Shown here in pieces: positions 38,879 to 47,617 of a stretch of 52,090 bases of DNA (positions are counted from its first letter, which is position 1; the number at the start of each line of letters is the position of its first letter). The stretch is from Myxococcota bacterium (GTDB lineage Bacteria > Myxococcota > XYA12-FULL-58-9 > JALHOP01), in the NCBI GenBank assembly GCA_041288095.1, contig JBGGMJ010000075.1:1-52090 (forward strand), written 5' to 3'. Both the position numbers and the translations under genes were made by a program. The notes beneath the pieces were generated by a model. The model was not told where the DNA came from, did not search any database, and was given only the letters and a program-made list of their open reading frames with translations.

Positions 38879-39297
38879 GGCGTCACCAGCAGCACGTGGC
38901 GCACGATGAACACGGTCATGCCCGCGGTGAGCATGAACACCAGCGTCGCGGCGATGGAGCGCGGCGAGCCCCGGCCGATGCCACAGACACCGTGTCCGCT
39001 CGTACAACCATTGCCCATGCGTGTACCGAAGCCGACCAAGAACCCCGCGCCGATGATCGTCGGCCATCGGGTCATGATGCCCGGGCCAATGGCGCCGGAC
39101 GCGAGCACGCTGAACATCGCGCCCGCGGCCACGAGCCCGATCACGAACGCGAGGTCGATGGCACGCGTGTCGCGGCGCCCATCGACGAGGCGCCCGACAA
39201 TGCCGCTGATCCCCGCGACACGGCCGTGCACCAGGAGCAGCAAGGCCGCCGCCAACCCGATGACGACGCCGCCGATCAGTGGCGCGATGACGCTCAC
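38875..39297 (-). CDS. YeeE/YedE family sulfur-compound transporter subunit
   Basis: GRVAGISG and GFGTRMGNGCTSGHGVCG. Confidence 0.92.
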   Translation of the reverse strand: MSVIAPLIGGVVIGLAAALLLLVHGRVAGISGIVGRLVDGRRDTRAIDLAFVIGLVAAGAMFSVLASGAIGPGIMTRWPTIIGAGFLVGFGTRMGNGCTSGHGVCGIGRGSPRSIAATLVFMLTAGMTVFIVRHVLLVTP

Positions 39298-39569
39298 AGG
39301 CGTCCGCCGAAGCGGATAGAGGCGCGCGCCTTTGCCTTCGCCGCCTCGGCCTCGCGATTCTTCGGCGGGGCGTTCGTCTTCAGCGAATCCACGAGGTTGC
39401 GGGCAATCTTGGTGACCTCGGCGACCGCCTCGTTGAACACGTCTTCGTTGCCCTTGGACGGCGCGGTGAAGCCCGACAGCTTGCGGACGAACTGCAACGA
39501 AGCAGCGCGGACCTCATCGTCGGTGGCCGGCGGGTCGAAGTTGAAGAGGATCTTGATGCTGCGACACAT
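39294..39569 (-). CDS. DUF2277 family protein
   Basis: MCRSIKILFNFDPPATDDEVRAASLQFVRKLSG. Confidence 0.88.
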   Translation of the reverse strand: MCRSIKILFNFDPPATDDEVRAASLQFVRKLSGFTAPSKGNEDVFNEAVAEVTKIARNLVDSLKTNAPPKNREAEAAKAKARASIRFGGRL

Positions 39570-39665
39570 GGCTGCCTCGTGACACGGGGTTGGGGCGCTA
39601 TGCCACAATGGGGTCACACCCACACGGTGCAACCGCGCGAAATCCCGTGAAGCCGATCTGCGACC

Positions 39666-39683
39666 ACGTGCACCGTTTTTGCA
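39666..39683 (+). promoter_or_regulatory. Shared sigma54-like motif ACGTGCACCGTTTTTGCA
   Basis: 15/18 identical to 41328-41345; 35 nt before the ATG at 39719. Confidence 0.5.
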
Positions 39684-39718
39684 AGACCTGGAAGCCAGTG
39701 CACCGCGCAGGAGGCCTC

Positions 39719-40198
39719 ATGGAGAGCATCTTCGAAGCGACCGCTGACCGCCGCACCCGTGACCGCAGACGCCGCGCCTTCTCGTGGGGTTCCTTCTACG
39801 CGGGCGTCGGCGTCGCCTTAGGCGTGATGCTGATGGCCTACAAACTGGTGCCCCAGGGCGGACTCGCGGGCCTCGAGCGCGAGAAGGCCCTGCCCGCCAT
39901 CGCGGTCCAACGCGCCGACATGGGGTCGGACGGGGCGGACGACGACATTGCCAACACGGCCTTCGTGTCTCGCTCTTCCAATGGCCGCATGACGCCGACG
40001 CAGCTGGCCCGGCTCATCGAGAGTGGCGCGTCCAACGAGAACGAAAGCGCCGCGCTGCGGCGGCTGCGCCTGCGCGGCAATGCTCCGATGAACGGCTTCG
40101 ACCGCGATAACGCCGTGGCCGCCTTCGTCGATCGCACCGGCAGCAGCCGCGAAGAGGCGCAGGGGGTCGTCGACGGGTGGATTAGCCGGGGTCGCTAA
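39719..40198 (+). CDS. Single-TM hypothetical protein, partial relative of the 41372 membrane protein family
   Basis: GGAGG RBS; DRRTRDRRR, FSWGSFYAG plus TM; DRTGSSREEAQGVVDGW. Confidence 0.6.
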   Translation: MESIFEATADRRTRDRRRRAFSWGSFYAGVGVALGVMLMAYKLVPQGGLAGLEREKALPAIAVQRADMGSDGADDDIANTAFVSRSSNGRMTPTQLARLIESGASNENESAALRRLRLRGNAPMNGFDRDNAVAAFVDRTGSSREEAQGVVDGWISRGR

Positions 40199-40229
40199 GC
40201 GTTGACGACCGCGGGCGCGGCCTGGCTAT

Positions 40230-41270
40230 GTGTCGGCCGCTGTGACCCGCTTTCCTTTCACCCCGGCGACGTTGCTCGCGCCCATGGAAGGCGTGAGCCA
40301 CCCGCTCTTCCGCGCCTCGATGGCCTCGCGCGGCGGCCTCGGCGTCGTCTGCACCGAGTTCGTGCGTATCTCGCGAGCGCCGATCGGCCCATCACAGGTG
40401 CGGGCTCACGTCGTAAAGACCGGTGACGTTCCGCTGCTGGTCCAGCTCATGGGCAACGAAGCCGACGACATGGCTGACGCGGCGCGAGTGCTCGCTGAAG
40501 CGGGTGCCGACGTCGTCGACGTCAACATGGGCTGCCCGACGAAGCGCGCGAGCAACAACGGCGTGGGCGCGGCCATGCTCAAGGATCCGGCGCTGGTGTC
40601 ACGCGTCGTCTCGGCGATCCGCGCCGTCGTGCCCGGCCTGGTGTCGGTGAAGATGCGCGCCGGCTTCGACGACGCCGACCACGTGCTCACCCTGGCGCGC
40701 GCCATCGAGGACGCTGGAGCGGACTTCCTCACCGTTCACCCTCGCTTGCGGCGCGACCAATACAGCGGCGTCGCTGACTGGCGCGTCATCGCCCGCCTCA
40801 AGGAAGCCCTGCGTATCCCGGTCATCGGCAACGGCGACTGCTGGTATGCCGCCGACGCTCTGCGCATGCGCGCCGAGACTGGCTGCGACGGTGTGATGAT
40901 CGGCAGGCCGGCGATCCGCAACCCGTGGATCTTCACCCAGATCGCCGACCTCGAAGCGGGGCGCGAGGCATTCCGCCCGAGCGGCGAGGACCTCGTCGCC
41001 TTTCTCGACCGAACCGCGAGCGAATATCTTCCGACCTTCGGTCATCGCACGCTCGGCATGATGAAGGAGATGGTCCGCTACTGCGCACGTGCCATCGCCG
41101 ACGACAACGCCACCGTGCGCGAGCTCCTGCGCTGCCCGACTCTCGAAGCTCTGCTCGCCCTGGCCCGCCAGCGCCTGGGCGACGTTCCAGCGGACGCGCT
41201 CGACCTCGGGCCCAGCGGCACCCGTGAGAGCTCGGGGTACGCGAAGAGCCAAACCGCCGCAGCGGCCTGA
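40230..41270 (+). CDS. tRNA-dihydrouridine synthase family protein
   Basis: LAPMEG, VQLMG, DVNMGCP, VKMRAG, TVHPR, IGNGD and GVMIGR. Confidence 0.92.
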   Translation: MSAAVTRFPFTPATLLAPMEGVSHPLFRASMASRGGLGVVCTEFVRISRAPIGPSQVRAHVVKTGDVPLLVQLMGNEADDMADAARVLAEAGADVVDVNMGCPTKRASNNGVGAAMLKDPALVSRVVSAIRAVVPGLVSVKMRAGFDDADHVLTLARAIEDAGADFLTVHPRLRRDQYSGVADWRVIARLKEALRIPVIGNGDCWYAADALRMRAETGCDGVMIGRPAIRNPWIFTQIADLEAGREAFRPSGEDLVAFLDRTASEYLPTFGHRTLGMMKEMVRYCARAIADDNATVRELLRCPTLEALLALARQRLGDVPADALDLGPSGTRESSGYAKSQTAAAA

Positions 41271-41327
41271 TGCATGGGGCGTCACGCCCCAGGTGCGGCG
41301 CTCGAAACGGCTGCGTGAGCCCTCTGG

Positions 41328-41345
41328 ACGTGCATCATTCTTGCA
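41328..41345 (+). promoter_or_regulatory. Shared sigma54-like motif ACGTGCATCATTCTTGCA
   Basis: Copy of 39666-39683; 26 nt before the ATG at 41372. Confidence 0.5.
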
Positions 41346-41371
41346 CTAATTCGCCCTCTTGGAGGGCCACC

Positions 41372-42103
41372 ATGACTTCGATCGACCAACCGAGCTCGGA
41401 GCGACGTACTGGCGCCGAGCGCCGGCGCAACACCGCTGTAGCGGTCAACCCGATGATGTTCGCCTCACCTCCGGTCGTGGCTGCTCCACGACGCATCTCG
41501 TGGGGCGCAATCGCCGGCGGGGTCGTGCTCGCGCTCGTCACCCAGCTGACGTTGAGCTTGCTCGGTCTAGCCACTGGTCTGACCACCGCCTACGGACGTC
41601 CTGGGATCGTGACCGCGATCTGGATGGTCGCGTCGGCCGTCATCGCGCTGTTCATCGGCGGCGCCGCGGCCAGCCGCCTCGCGGGGGTCGAGCGTCGCGA
41701 CGGCGTCGTGCACGGCCTGCTCACCTGGGGGCTCATGGCGTTGGTCGCCTTCTTCCTCATGACCACGGCGGTCGGACGTATCGTCAGCTTCAGCACCAGT
41801 GATTTGACGCGGGGCTTGTCGCGCATCGGTAGCGGCGTCGCAACCAACGTCGATCCGATCACGGAGCGCATGAAAGACGTCACCGCGCTCAACGACGCGA
41901 CCGGTGGAGTCAGCGACACCGCGCCTCGACCCGAGCCGGTGAACCCGGACGAGCCGACGAGCGGCGGCATGGCCCGCATTCCCGCCGGCATGGCGGCGTT
42001 CTGGGCGTTCGTGGCTCTCTGTGTCGGCGCGTTCGCGGCCGCTCTCGGTGGCTACGTTGGCGCGCCGCTTTGGCGGACGCGGCGTCGAGTCCTGGTTGCC
42101 TGA
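41372..42103 (+). CDS. Integral membrane protein (RISWGAI-type family)
   Basis: RRISWGAIAGGVVLAL, GVVHGLLTWG and C-terminal AAALGG; GGAGG RBS. Confidence 0.75.
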   Translation: MTSIDQPSSERRTGAERRRNTAVAVNPMMFASPPVVAAPRRISWGAIAGGVVLALVTQLTLSLLGLATGLTTAYGRPGIVTAIWMVASAVIALFIGGAAASRLAGVERRDGVVHGLLTWGLMALVAFFLMTTAVGRIVSFSTSDLTRGLSRIGSGVATNVDPITERMKDVTALNDATGGVSDTAPRPEPVNPDEPTSGGMARIPAGMAAFWAFVALCVGAFAAALGGYVGAPLWRTRRRVLVA

Positions 42104-43519
42104 CTACTCGGCGCCTTCCGCGGTGGTTGGCGCCGGGCCCAGGTCGATGAGGCCGCGCAGCTTGTTGTAGCCGTTCAGCGCGGCGACTTTGTAGCACTCG
42201 GCGAGCGTCGGGTAGTTGAAGACGTTCGACAAGAAGTAGTCGAGCGTGCCGTTGTGCGCCATGACGGCCTGGCCGACGTGCACGACCTCGGTGGCCTGCG
42301 TGCCCATCGCCCAAACGGCAAGCAGCTTACGCGTGTGCAGCTCGAAGACGATCTTCAACAGGCCGTCGTCGTCACCGAGGATCTGTCCGCGCGCGATTTC
42401 GCGATAGCGGGCGCGGCCGGTCTCGTAACCGATGCCCCGCCGCGTAAGATCCTCTTCGGTGGGACCGACCCACGCGATCTCCGGAATCGAGTAGATGCCG
42501 TAAGGGAAGAGGTCGGGCACCGAGTGTGCCTCGATGCCGAAAGCGTGACAGGCCGCGATACGGCCCTGCTCGGCGCTGGTGGAAGCGAGCTGCGGCGCGC
42601 CGATGACGTCACCGACCGCGTAAATGTTCGAGACCGAGGTGCGATAGTTGCCGTCGACGGTGATCTTGCCGCGCGCGTCGGCCGAGAGCCCCGCCTTCTC
42701 GAGCTGCAAGCCGTCGACCGCGCCCTGGCGGCCCGAGGACACCAGGAGCATGTCGCCCGCGATGCGCTTCCCGCTCTTCACGTGGACGATGACGCGCTCG
42801 GGACCGATCTTCTCCACGCGCGTGACCTCCTCGTTCATCCGGAAGGTGACGTTGCGCTCACGCAAGTGCGCCTGAAAGGCGTCGCGAACCTCGTCGTCGA
42901 TCATGTCGAGATAGACGCTGCGCTTGTCGACGAGGGTGATCTCGCAGCCCAGCTCCATGAACATGGTCGCGTACTCGGTGCCGATGACTCCCGCGCCCGC
43001 GACGATGAGGTTCTTGGGAATGCGCTTGAGCTGCAGGATGTCGTCGCTCGTGAGCACGGTCTCGTGATCGATGGTGATGCCGGGCGTCACCGCCGGATAC
43101 GTGCCAACCGCGATGACGATGTAGTCGGCCTCATAGGTTTCGCTGCCGACGCCGATCTTGGTCGGCGACTCGAAGCGAGCCAGACCATGCACGAGCTTGA
43201 CTCTATTGCGGTGGAGCTGGGCGCGGATGACGTCGCGTTCGGCCGCCATGACGCGGCGGGTGCGTGACAGCAGCGAGTCGGGAGTGACCGTGTTGTCGCG
43301 ATACATCATGCCGTAGAGCTGGCGCTCGCGCGCGCCCGAGAGATCGACGACGGCCTCACGCAGAGTCTTCGAGGGTAAGGTGCCGGTGTTGATGGAGACA
43401 CCACCAACCTCTTTTGCCTTCTCGACGAGCACGACGCTCTTGCCGATCTTGGCTGCCTGCACCGCGGCGCGCTGACCACCAGGGCCGCTGCCGATCACGA
43501 TCATGTCGACTTTCGTCAT
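42104..43519 (-). CDS. sthA: Soluble (Si-specific) NAD(P)+ transhydrogenase
   Basis: VIGSGPGG, GTLPSKTLRE (no redox Cys pair), GIYSIPEI and FNYPTLAECYKVAA. Confidence 0.93.
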   Translation of the reverse strand: MTKVDMIVIGSGPGGQRAAVQAAKIGKSVVLVEKAKEVGGVSINTGTLPSKTLREAVVDLSGARERQLYGMMYRDNTVTPDSLLSRTRRVMAAERDVIRAQLHRNRVKLVHGLARFESPTKIGVGSETYEADYIVIAVGTYPAVTPGITIDHETVLTSDDILQLKRIPKNLIVAGAGVIGTEYATMFMELGCEITLVDKRSVYLDMIDDEVRDAFQAHLRERNVTFRMNEEVTRVEKIGPERVIVHVKSGKRIAGDMLLVSSGRQGAVDGLQLEKAGLSADARGKITVDGNYRTSVSNIYAVGDVIGAPQLASTSAEQGRIAACHAFGIEAHSVPDLFPYGIYSIPEIAWVGPTEEDLTRRGIGYETGRARYREIARGQILGDDDGLLKIVFELHTRKLLAVWAMGTQATEVVHVGQAVMAHNGTLDYFLSNVFNYPTLAECYKVAALNGYNKLRGLIDLGPAPTTAEGAE

Positions 43520-43535
43520 CCGGGATACGCACTCC

Positions 43536-44801
43536 TCACTTCATGCGCTCGTGCTTGAAGCGCTTCGCACCACTCGAGTAGTCGCTCACGATGTGTCCGC
43601 CGCCGCGAAGCAGCCACCTCGTCGTCAGCAGGCCTTCGACGCCCACGGGGCCACGGGCATGGATGCGTGAGGTGCTGACGCCGACTTCGGCGCCGAGGCC
43701 GTAGCGGAAGCCGTCGGCGAAGCGGGTGCTGGCGTTGTGCAGGACGGAGGCGCTGTCGACCTCGCGCATGAAGCGCTCGGCGGCGCCCGGGTCTTGCGTG
43801 CAAATGGCGTCGGTGTGCGCGCTGCCATAGCGGGCAATGTGCGCGATGGCTTCACCGATGTCCGCGACCACCTGCATGTTGACGATCAAGGCCCCGTATT
43901 CGGTGTGGAAGTCATCGTCGCTGGCAGCCTTCGCACGCGGCAGGACCGACTGCAAACGCTCACCGACGCGCAGCTCGACACCGCGCTCGCCGAGCGCGTC
44001 AGCGACACGGCCGATGTGCGGCAAGAAGGCCTCGTGCACCAGGATGGTCTCGGTGGCGTTGCAGGCCGAGGGATAGTCGCACTTGCCGTCGACGGCGAGC
44101 TGAACCGCCATCGCAGGGTCGGCCTTGGCGTCGATGTAGAGGTGGCAGATGCCTTCGGCGTGGCCGAGGACGGGGATGCGCGTGCCCTCTTGGATCGAGC
44201 GCACCAGCTGCCCCGAACCGCGGGGGATGACCAGGTCGATGACGTCACCGCGCGAAAGTAGCTCCTGCACGGCGGCGCGCCCCTCGACCAACATCACGGC
44301 GTCGGCATCGAGGCCGGCCCGCTCGAGACTCTTGCGCACACAGTCGACGAGGATGCGGTTGCTGTGCGTCGCTTCGCTGCCACCCTTCAAGACCACGGCA
44401 TTGCCGGAGCGCACCGCGAGGCTCGCGATCTGGATGACGGCGTCGGGGCGACTCTCGAAAATCACAAGGACGACGCCGATGGGGCTCCGCACCTTGGTGA
44501 GCATCAGGCCGTCGTCGAGCTTGGTGCGGCTCACTTCGACGTCGATCGGGTCGGGGCTCGCGACGAGCTGCTTCAAGCCCTCGATGAGCCCGGCGCGCTT
44601 CTTGGCGTCGAGCGCGAGACGGCTTTTGAGCTGCGGCTCGAGGTCCGCCGCGGCCGCGAGGTCTCGCTGATTCGCTGCGTCGATCGCCGCGTCTTGTTCG
44701 CGCATGATGTCCGCTAAAAACGCCAGTGCCTCCGTGCGTGACTCCGCCTTGGCGGTAGCGAGCTTGCGTTGCGCCGCGCGGACGCGAGCGAGATCAATCA
44801 T
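43536..44801 (-). CDS. proA: Glutamate-5-semialdehyde dehydrogenase
   Basis: IFESRP, LKGGSEA, IPRG, CNATET, NASTRFADG and HARGPVG. Confidence 0.96.
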   Translation of the reverse strand: MIDLARVRAAQRKLATAKAESRTEALAFLADIMREQDAAIDAANQRDLAAAADLEPQLKSRLALDAKKRAGLIEGLKQLVASPDPIDVEVSRTKLDDGLMLTKVRSPIGVVLVIFESRPDAVIQIASLAVRSGNAVVLKGGSEATHSNRILVDCVRKSLERAGLDADAVMLVEGRAAVQELLSRGDVIDLVIPRGSGQLVRSIQEGTRIPVLGHAEGICHLYIDAKADPAMAVQLAVDGKCDYPSACNATETILVHEAFLPHIGRVADALGERGVELRVGERLQSVLPRAKAASDDDFHTEYGALIVNMQVVADIGEAIAHIARYGSAHTDAICTQDPGAAERFMREVDSASVLHNASTRFADGFRYGLGAEVGVSTSRIHARGPVGVEGLLTTRWLLRGGGHIVSDYSSGAKRFKHERMK

Positions 44802-45931
44802 GGCTCGACCACCATGTCGTTGCGGTGCACGACGAGATGCTTGCGATCGGCACCGCGCTCGCCGCCGAGCCACCGGCCAATCCATTCGGAGTCGACTTCG
44901 GAAACGCCGCGGCCGACCAAGGCCTTATCGGGTCCGCGCAGCTCGACCACCGCGCCCGCCTCGAACGCGCCATCGACGCCCGTGATGCCGGCCGCGAGCA
45001 GCGACGCTCCACGCTCGGTCAGGGCCTTCACGGCGCCGGCGTCGAGATGCAGCGCGCCACTCGAGCGCGTCGCGAACGCGATCCAGCGGTGCCGCGCGGA
45101 GAGTGCCTGACTGCGAGGGAACCAGGTGCCTTCGTCTTCGCCAGCGAGGACACGAGCCAACGCGCCGGGGGTGAGGCCGCTCGCGATCACCGCGTGGCAG
45201 CCGGAGCGCGCCGCGACGACAGCGGCATCGACCTTGGTGCGCATGCCGCCGCGTCCCACACCCGACACGCTGCCGCCGATGCTGGCCGCCACGCTGTCGA
45301 GATCGTCGACACGCGAGATGCGTTTTGCCGAGGGGTCGTTTCGCGGGTCGCGATCGAACAGGCCGGCGACGTCCGTGAGGATGACCAGCAGGTCGCAGCC
45401 GATCTCACTCGCGACCAGCGCCGACAAGCGGTCGTTGTCGCCGAAGACCGGCTTGCCGTGGCTCTCGTGCACCGCGAGCTCTTGAACCGAGACCACGTCG
45501 TTTTCGTTGATGACAGGAACGACGCCATGCTCGAGGAGCGTTGCCAGGGTGCGGCGGAGATTGAGGTAGCGGGTGCGCTCGTGGAAGTCCTCCTCGGTCA
45601 GGAGGACCTGAGCGCAGATGACGCTGCTCACGGCGAAGGCGTCTTGGTAGAGGCTCATGAGGCGGCTTTGCCCCACGGCGGCAAAGGCCTGCCGCAGGCC
45701 CAAGGCGTTGGGGGTAGTCGTGTAGCCGAGCTGGCGACGCCCGAGCCCGACAGCCCCCGAGGAAACCAGGATCACCTCGGCGCCCGCCGTCTTCAGGCGA
45801 ACGATCTCTTCGACAATCCCGGCTAGCCGAGAGAGCGAAATGCCGCCCTCGGGATGGGTCAAAACCCGCGTTCCTACTTTGACGACGACCCGCCGAGCCC
45901 CCTTGAGCCCCTGACGCTCGTTTTCACTCAT
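44798..45931 (-). CDS. proB: Glutamate 5-kinase with PUA domain
   Basis: VVKVGT, VSSGAV, NENDVV, FGDNDRLSA and GGMRTKV. Confidence 0.96.
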   Translation of the reverse strand: MSENERQGLKGARRVVVKVGTRVLTHPEGGISLSRLAGIVEEIVRLKTAGAEVILVSSGAVGLGRRQLGYTTTPNALGLRQAFAAVGQSRLMSLYQDAFAVSSVICAQVLLTEEDFHERTRYLNLRRTLATLLEHGVVPVINENDVVSVQELAVHESHGKPVFGDNDRLSALVASEIGCDLLVILTDVAGLFDRDPRNDPSAKRISRVDDLDSVAASIGGSVSGVGRGGMRTKVDAAVVAARSGCHAVIASGLTPGALARVLAGEDEGTWFPRSQALSARHRWIAFATRSSGALHLDAGAVKALTERGASLLAAGITGVDGAFEAGAVVELRGPDKALVGRGVSEVDSEWIGRWLGGERGADRKHLVVHRNDMVVEP

Positions 45932-45971
45932 GCTGTCGGGATGATCGCCGCGTGGGGTGCCGCTGTGTCAA

Positions 45972-45999
45972 GCACCGCCTGAAGACGACCGACCGATAT
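45972..45999 (+). promoter_or_regulatory. Putative sigma28-like promoter GCACC-N15-ACCGATAT
   Basis: Upstream of orphan 46035; same spacing as 12910-12937. Confidence 0.4.
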
Positions 46000-46034
46000 T
46001 CGGGGGACTCGGTAGACGATACTAGGAGAAATTC

Positions 46035-46370
46035 ATGACGAATCTTCACATCCATGGACCCGCGGCAACGGCGCTAGCGGACCAAGGCAAGGTCGCGCCC
46101 GGCAGCGCCGCGCCCGCGCCAGGCACACCCCAGATGCAGGCCCCACGCCGGTACATCGTGAAGGTTGACGACAGCGAAAAGGACGGCCCGAACGTCTACT
46201 ATGTCGCCATCACCAACCCGCGCCCCGGCGAAGAGATCTTCCACGGCGAGTTCGCGCCGTATGTGGCCGAGACCGGCGACGGCAAACACACGTCGGGCTT
46301 CGAGACGCGCTATCGTCCGCTCGGCCCCATCACGTCGGAACCCTTCAAGGGAAACGTGGAGACGTTCTAG
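46035..46370 (+). CDS. Hypothetical protein (orphan) with disordered A/P-rich N-terminus
   Basis: AGGAG RBS; 111 aa. Confidence 0.7.
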   Translation: MTNLHIHGPAATALADQGKVAPGSAAPAPGTPQMQAPRRYIVKVDDSEKDGPNVYYVAITNPRPGEEIFHGEFAPYVAETGDGKHTSGFETRYRPLGPITSEPFKGNVETF

Positions 46371-46440
46371 GTCGGGGGACCATCGCCGTCCTGACGCCAT
46401 GACGCAGCCGGTTTGAGGCCGGGCCAGCAATCCGCTTCGG

Positions 46441-47610
46441 GTGGGGCAACGTAACCCTCTCGTGGTGAAGAACGACGAGCTCGGGGCTACGGCCCCGGAC
46501 AACTTCGTATGGCTGCAAGAGCCGTCGGCGGCGCCCCGGAGCGGCGAGAAATACGTCGTCCAGACCGAGGTCGGTCGCGGCGCCATGGGCCGCGTGCTAG
46601 CTGTCCGCGATCGCGATCTGAATCGCGACGTCGCCATGAAGGTGATGTTGCCACGCGAATCCTCGCCGCATCTGGTCGAGCGCTTCGTCGACGAGGCGCA
46701 GATCACCGGCCAGCTCGAGCATCCGAACGTCTTGCCCGTGCATGACTTCGGCGCGAACGCCGAGGGCGAGCTCTACTTCACGATGAAATACGTGAAGGAG
46801 CACGAGAACCTCGCGAACGTCATCGAGATGCTCCGCAAAGGCGACGCCGGCTACCACGAGCGCTATTCGTTCGAACGGCGCGTGCAGATCATCCAGGACG
46901 TTTGTCACGCCCTGAGCTACGCGCACGCACGCGGCGTCGTGCATCGTGATGTGAAGCCCGCGAACATCATCATCGGCACCACTGGCGAGGTTTTTTTAGC
47001 GGACTGGGGTGTCGCCAAGGTGAAGACGGCGGATGACGCCTCGAAGACCGTCGTGACGCGACCCGTGATGACGACACGCGACGAAAGCTCGACCGTCGCG
47101 GGCGCCATCATCGGCTCGCTCGGCTACATGTCGCCGGAGCAGCTCGAGAGCCGCCACGACGAGGTGGACGCGCGCGCTGACGTCTATGGGCTCTGCGCCG
47201 TGCTCTACGAGCTATTGTCACTGCACCACTATCTCGATCCCATCGAGGAGAAGACGCCGGCGGCGGTGCTCGAGCGCGTGCGCGCCGGCAAGGTCAGACC
47301 CGCCTCTGGGTATTGGAGCCGGCGCAATGGACGCGTGCCGCGCATGCTCGCGAAGATCTGCGAGCACGGCCTAACGTTCGACCGCGCGCGGCGCATCCCC
47401 GACACGCGCTCCTTGGAGCACGAGCTGCAACGTTGGCTCGAGGGCCGCGGGGTCATCGTCTGTCCCGGCACCGCCATTCAGCGGGTTTTGTGCGGCGTCA
47501 TTCGCATCATCGATGCGCATCCGTTTCTCGCGCCCACCATCGCCATCGGCGGCTCGCTCGCGGTCGCGGGGCTGGCGATTCTCGGGCTCGTCCGGCTCTT
47601 CGGTTCGTGA
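46441..47610 (+). CDS. Ser/Thr protein kinase with C-terminal membrane anchor
   Basis: VGRGAMG, AMK, HRDVKPAN, DWG and YMSPEQ; C-terminal TM; start uncertain. Confidence 0.9.
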   Translation: MGQRNPLVVKNDELGATAPDNFVWLQEPSAAPRSGEKYVVQTEVGRGAMGRVLAVRDRDLNRDVAMKVMLPRESSPHLVERFVDEAQITGQLEHPNVLPVHDFGANAEGELYFTMKYVKEHENLANVIEMLRKGDAGYHERYSFERRVQIIQDVCHALSYAHARGVVHRDVKPANIIIGTTGEVFLADWGVAKVKTADDASKTVVTRPVMTTRDESSTVAGAIIGSLGYMSPEQLESRHDEVDARADVYGLCAVLYELLSLHHYLDPIEEKTPAAVLERVRAGKVRPASGYWSRRNGRVPRMLAKICEHGLTFDRARRIPDTRSLEHELQRWLEGRGVIVCPGTAIQRVLCGVIRIIDAHPFLAPTIAIGGSLAVAGLAILGLVRLFGS

Positions 47611-47617
47611 GCGTGTC

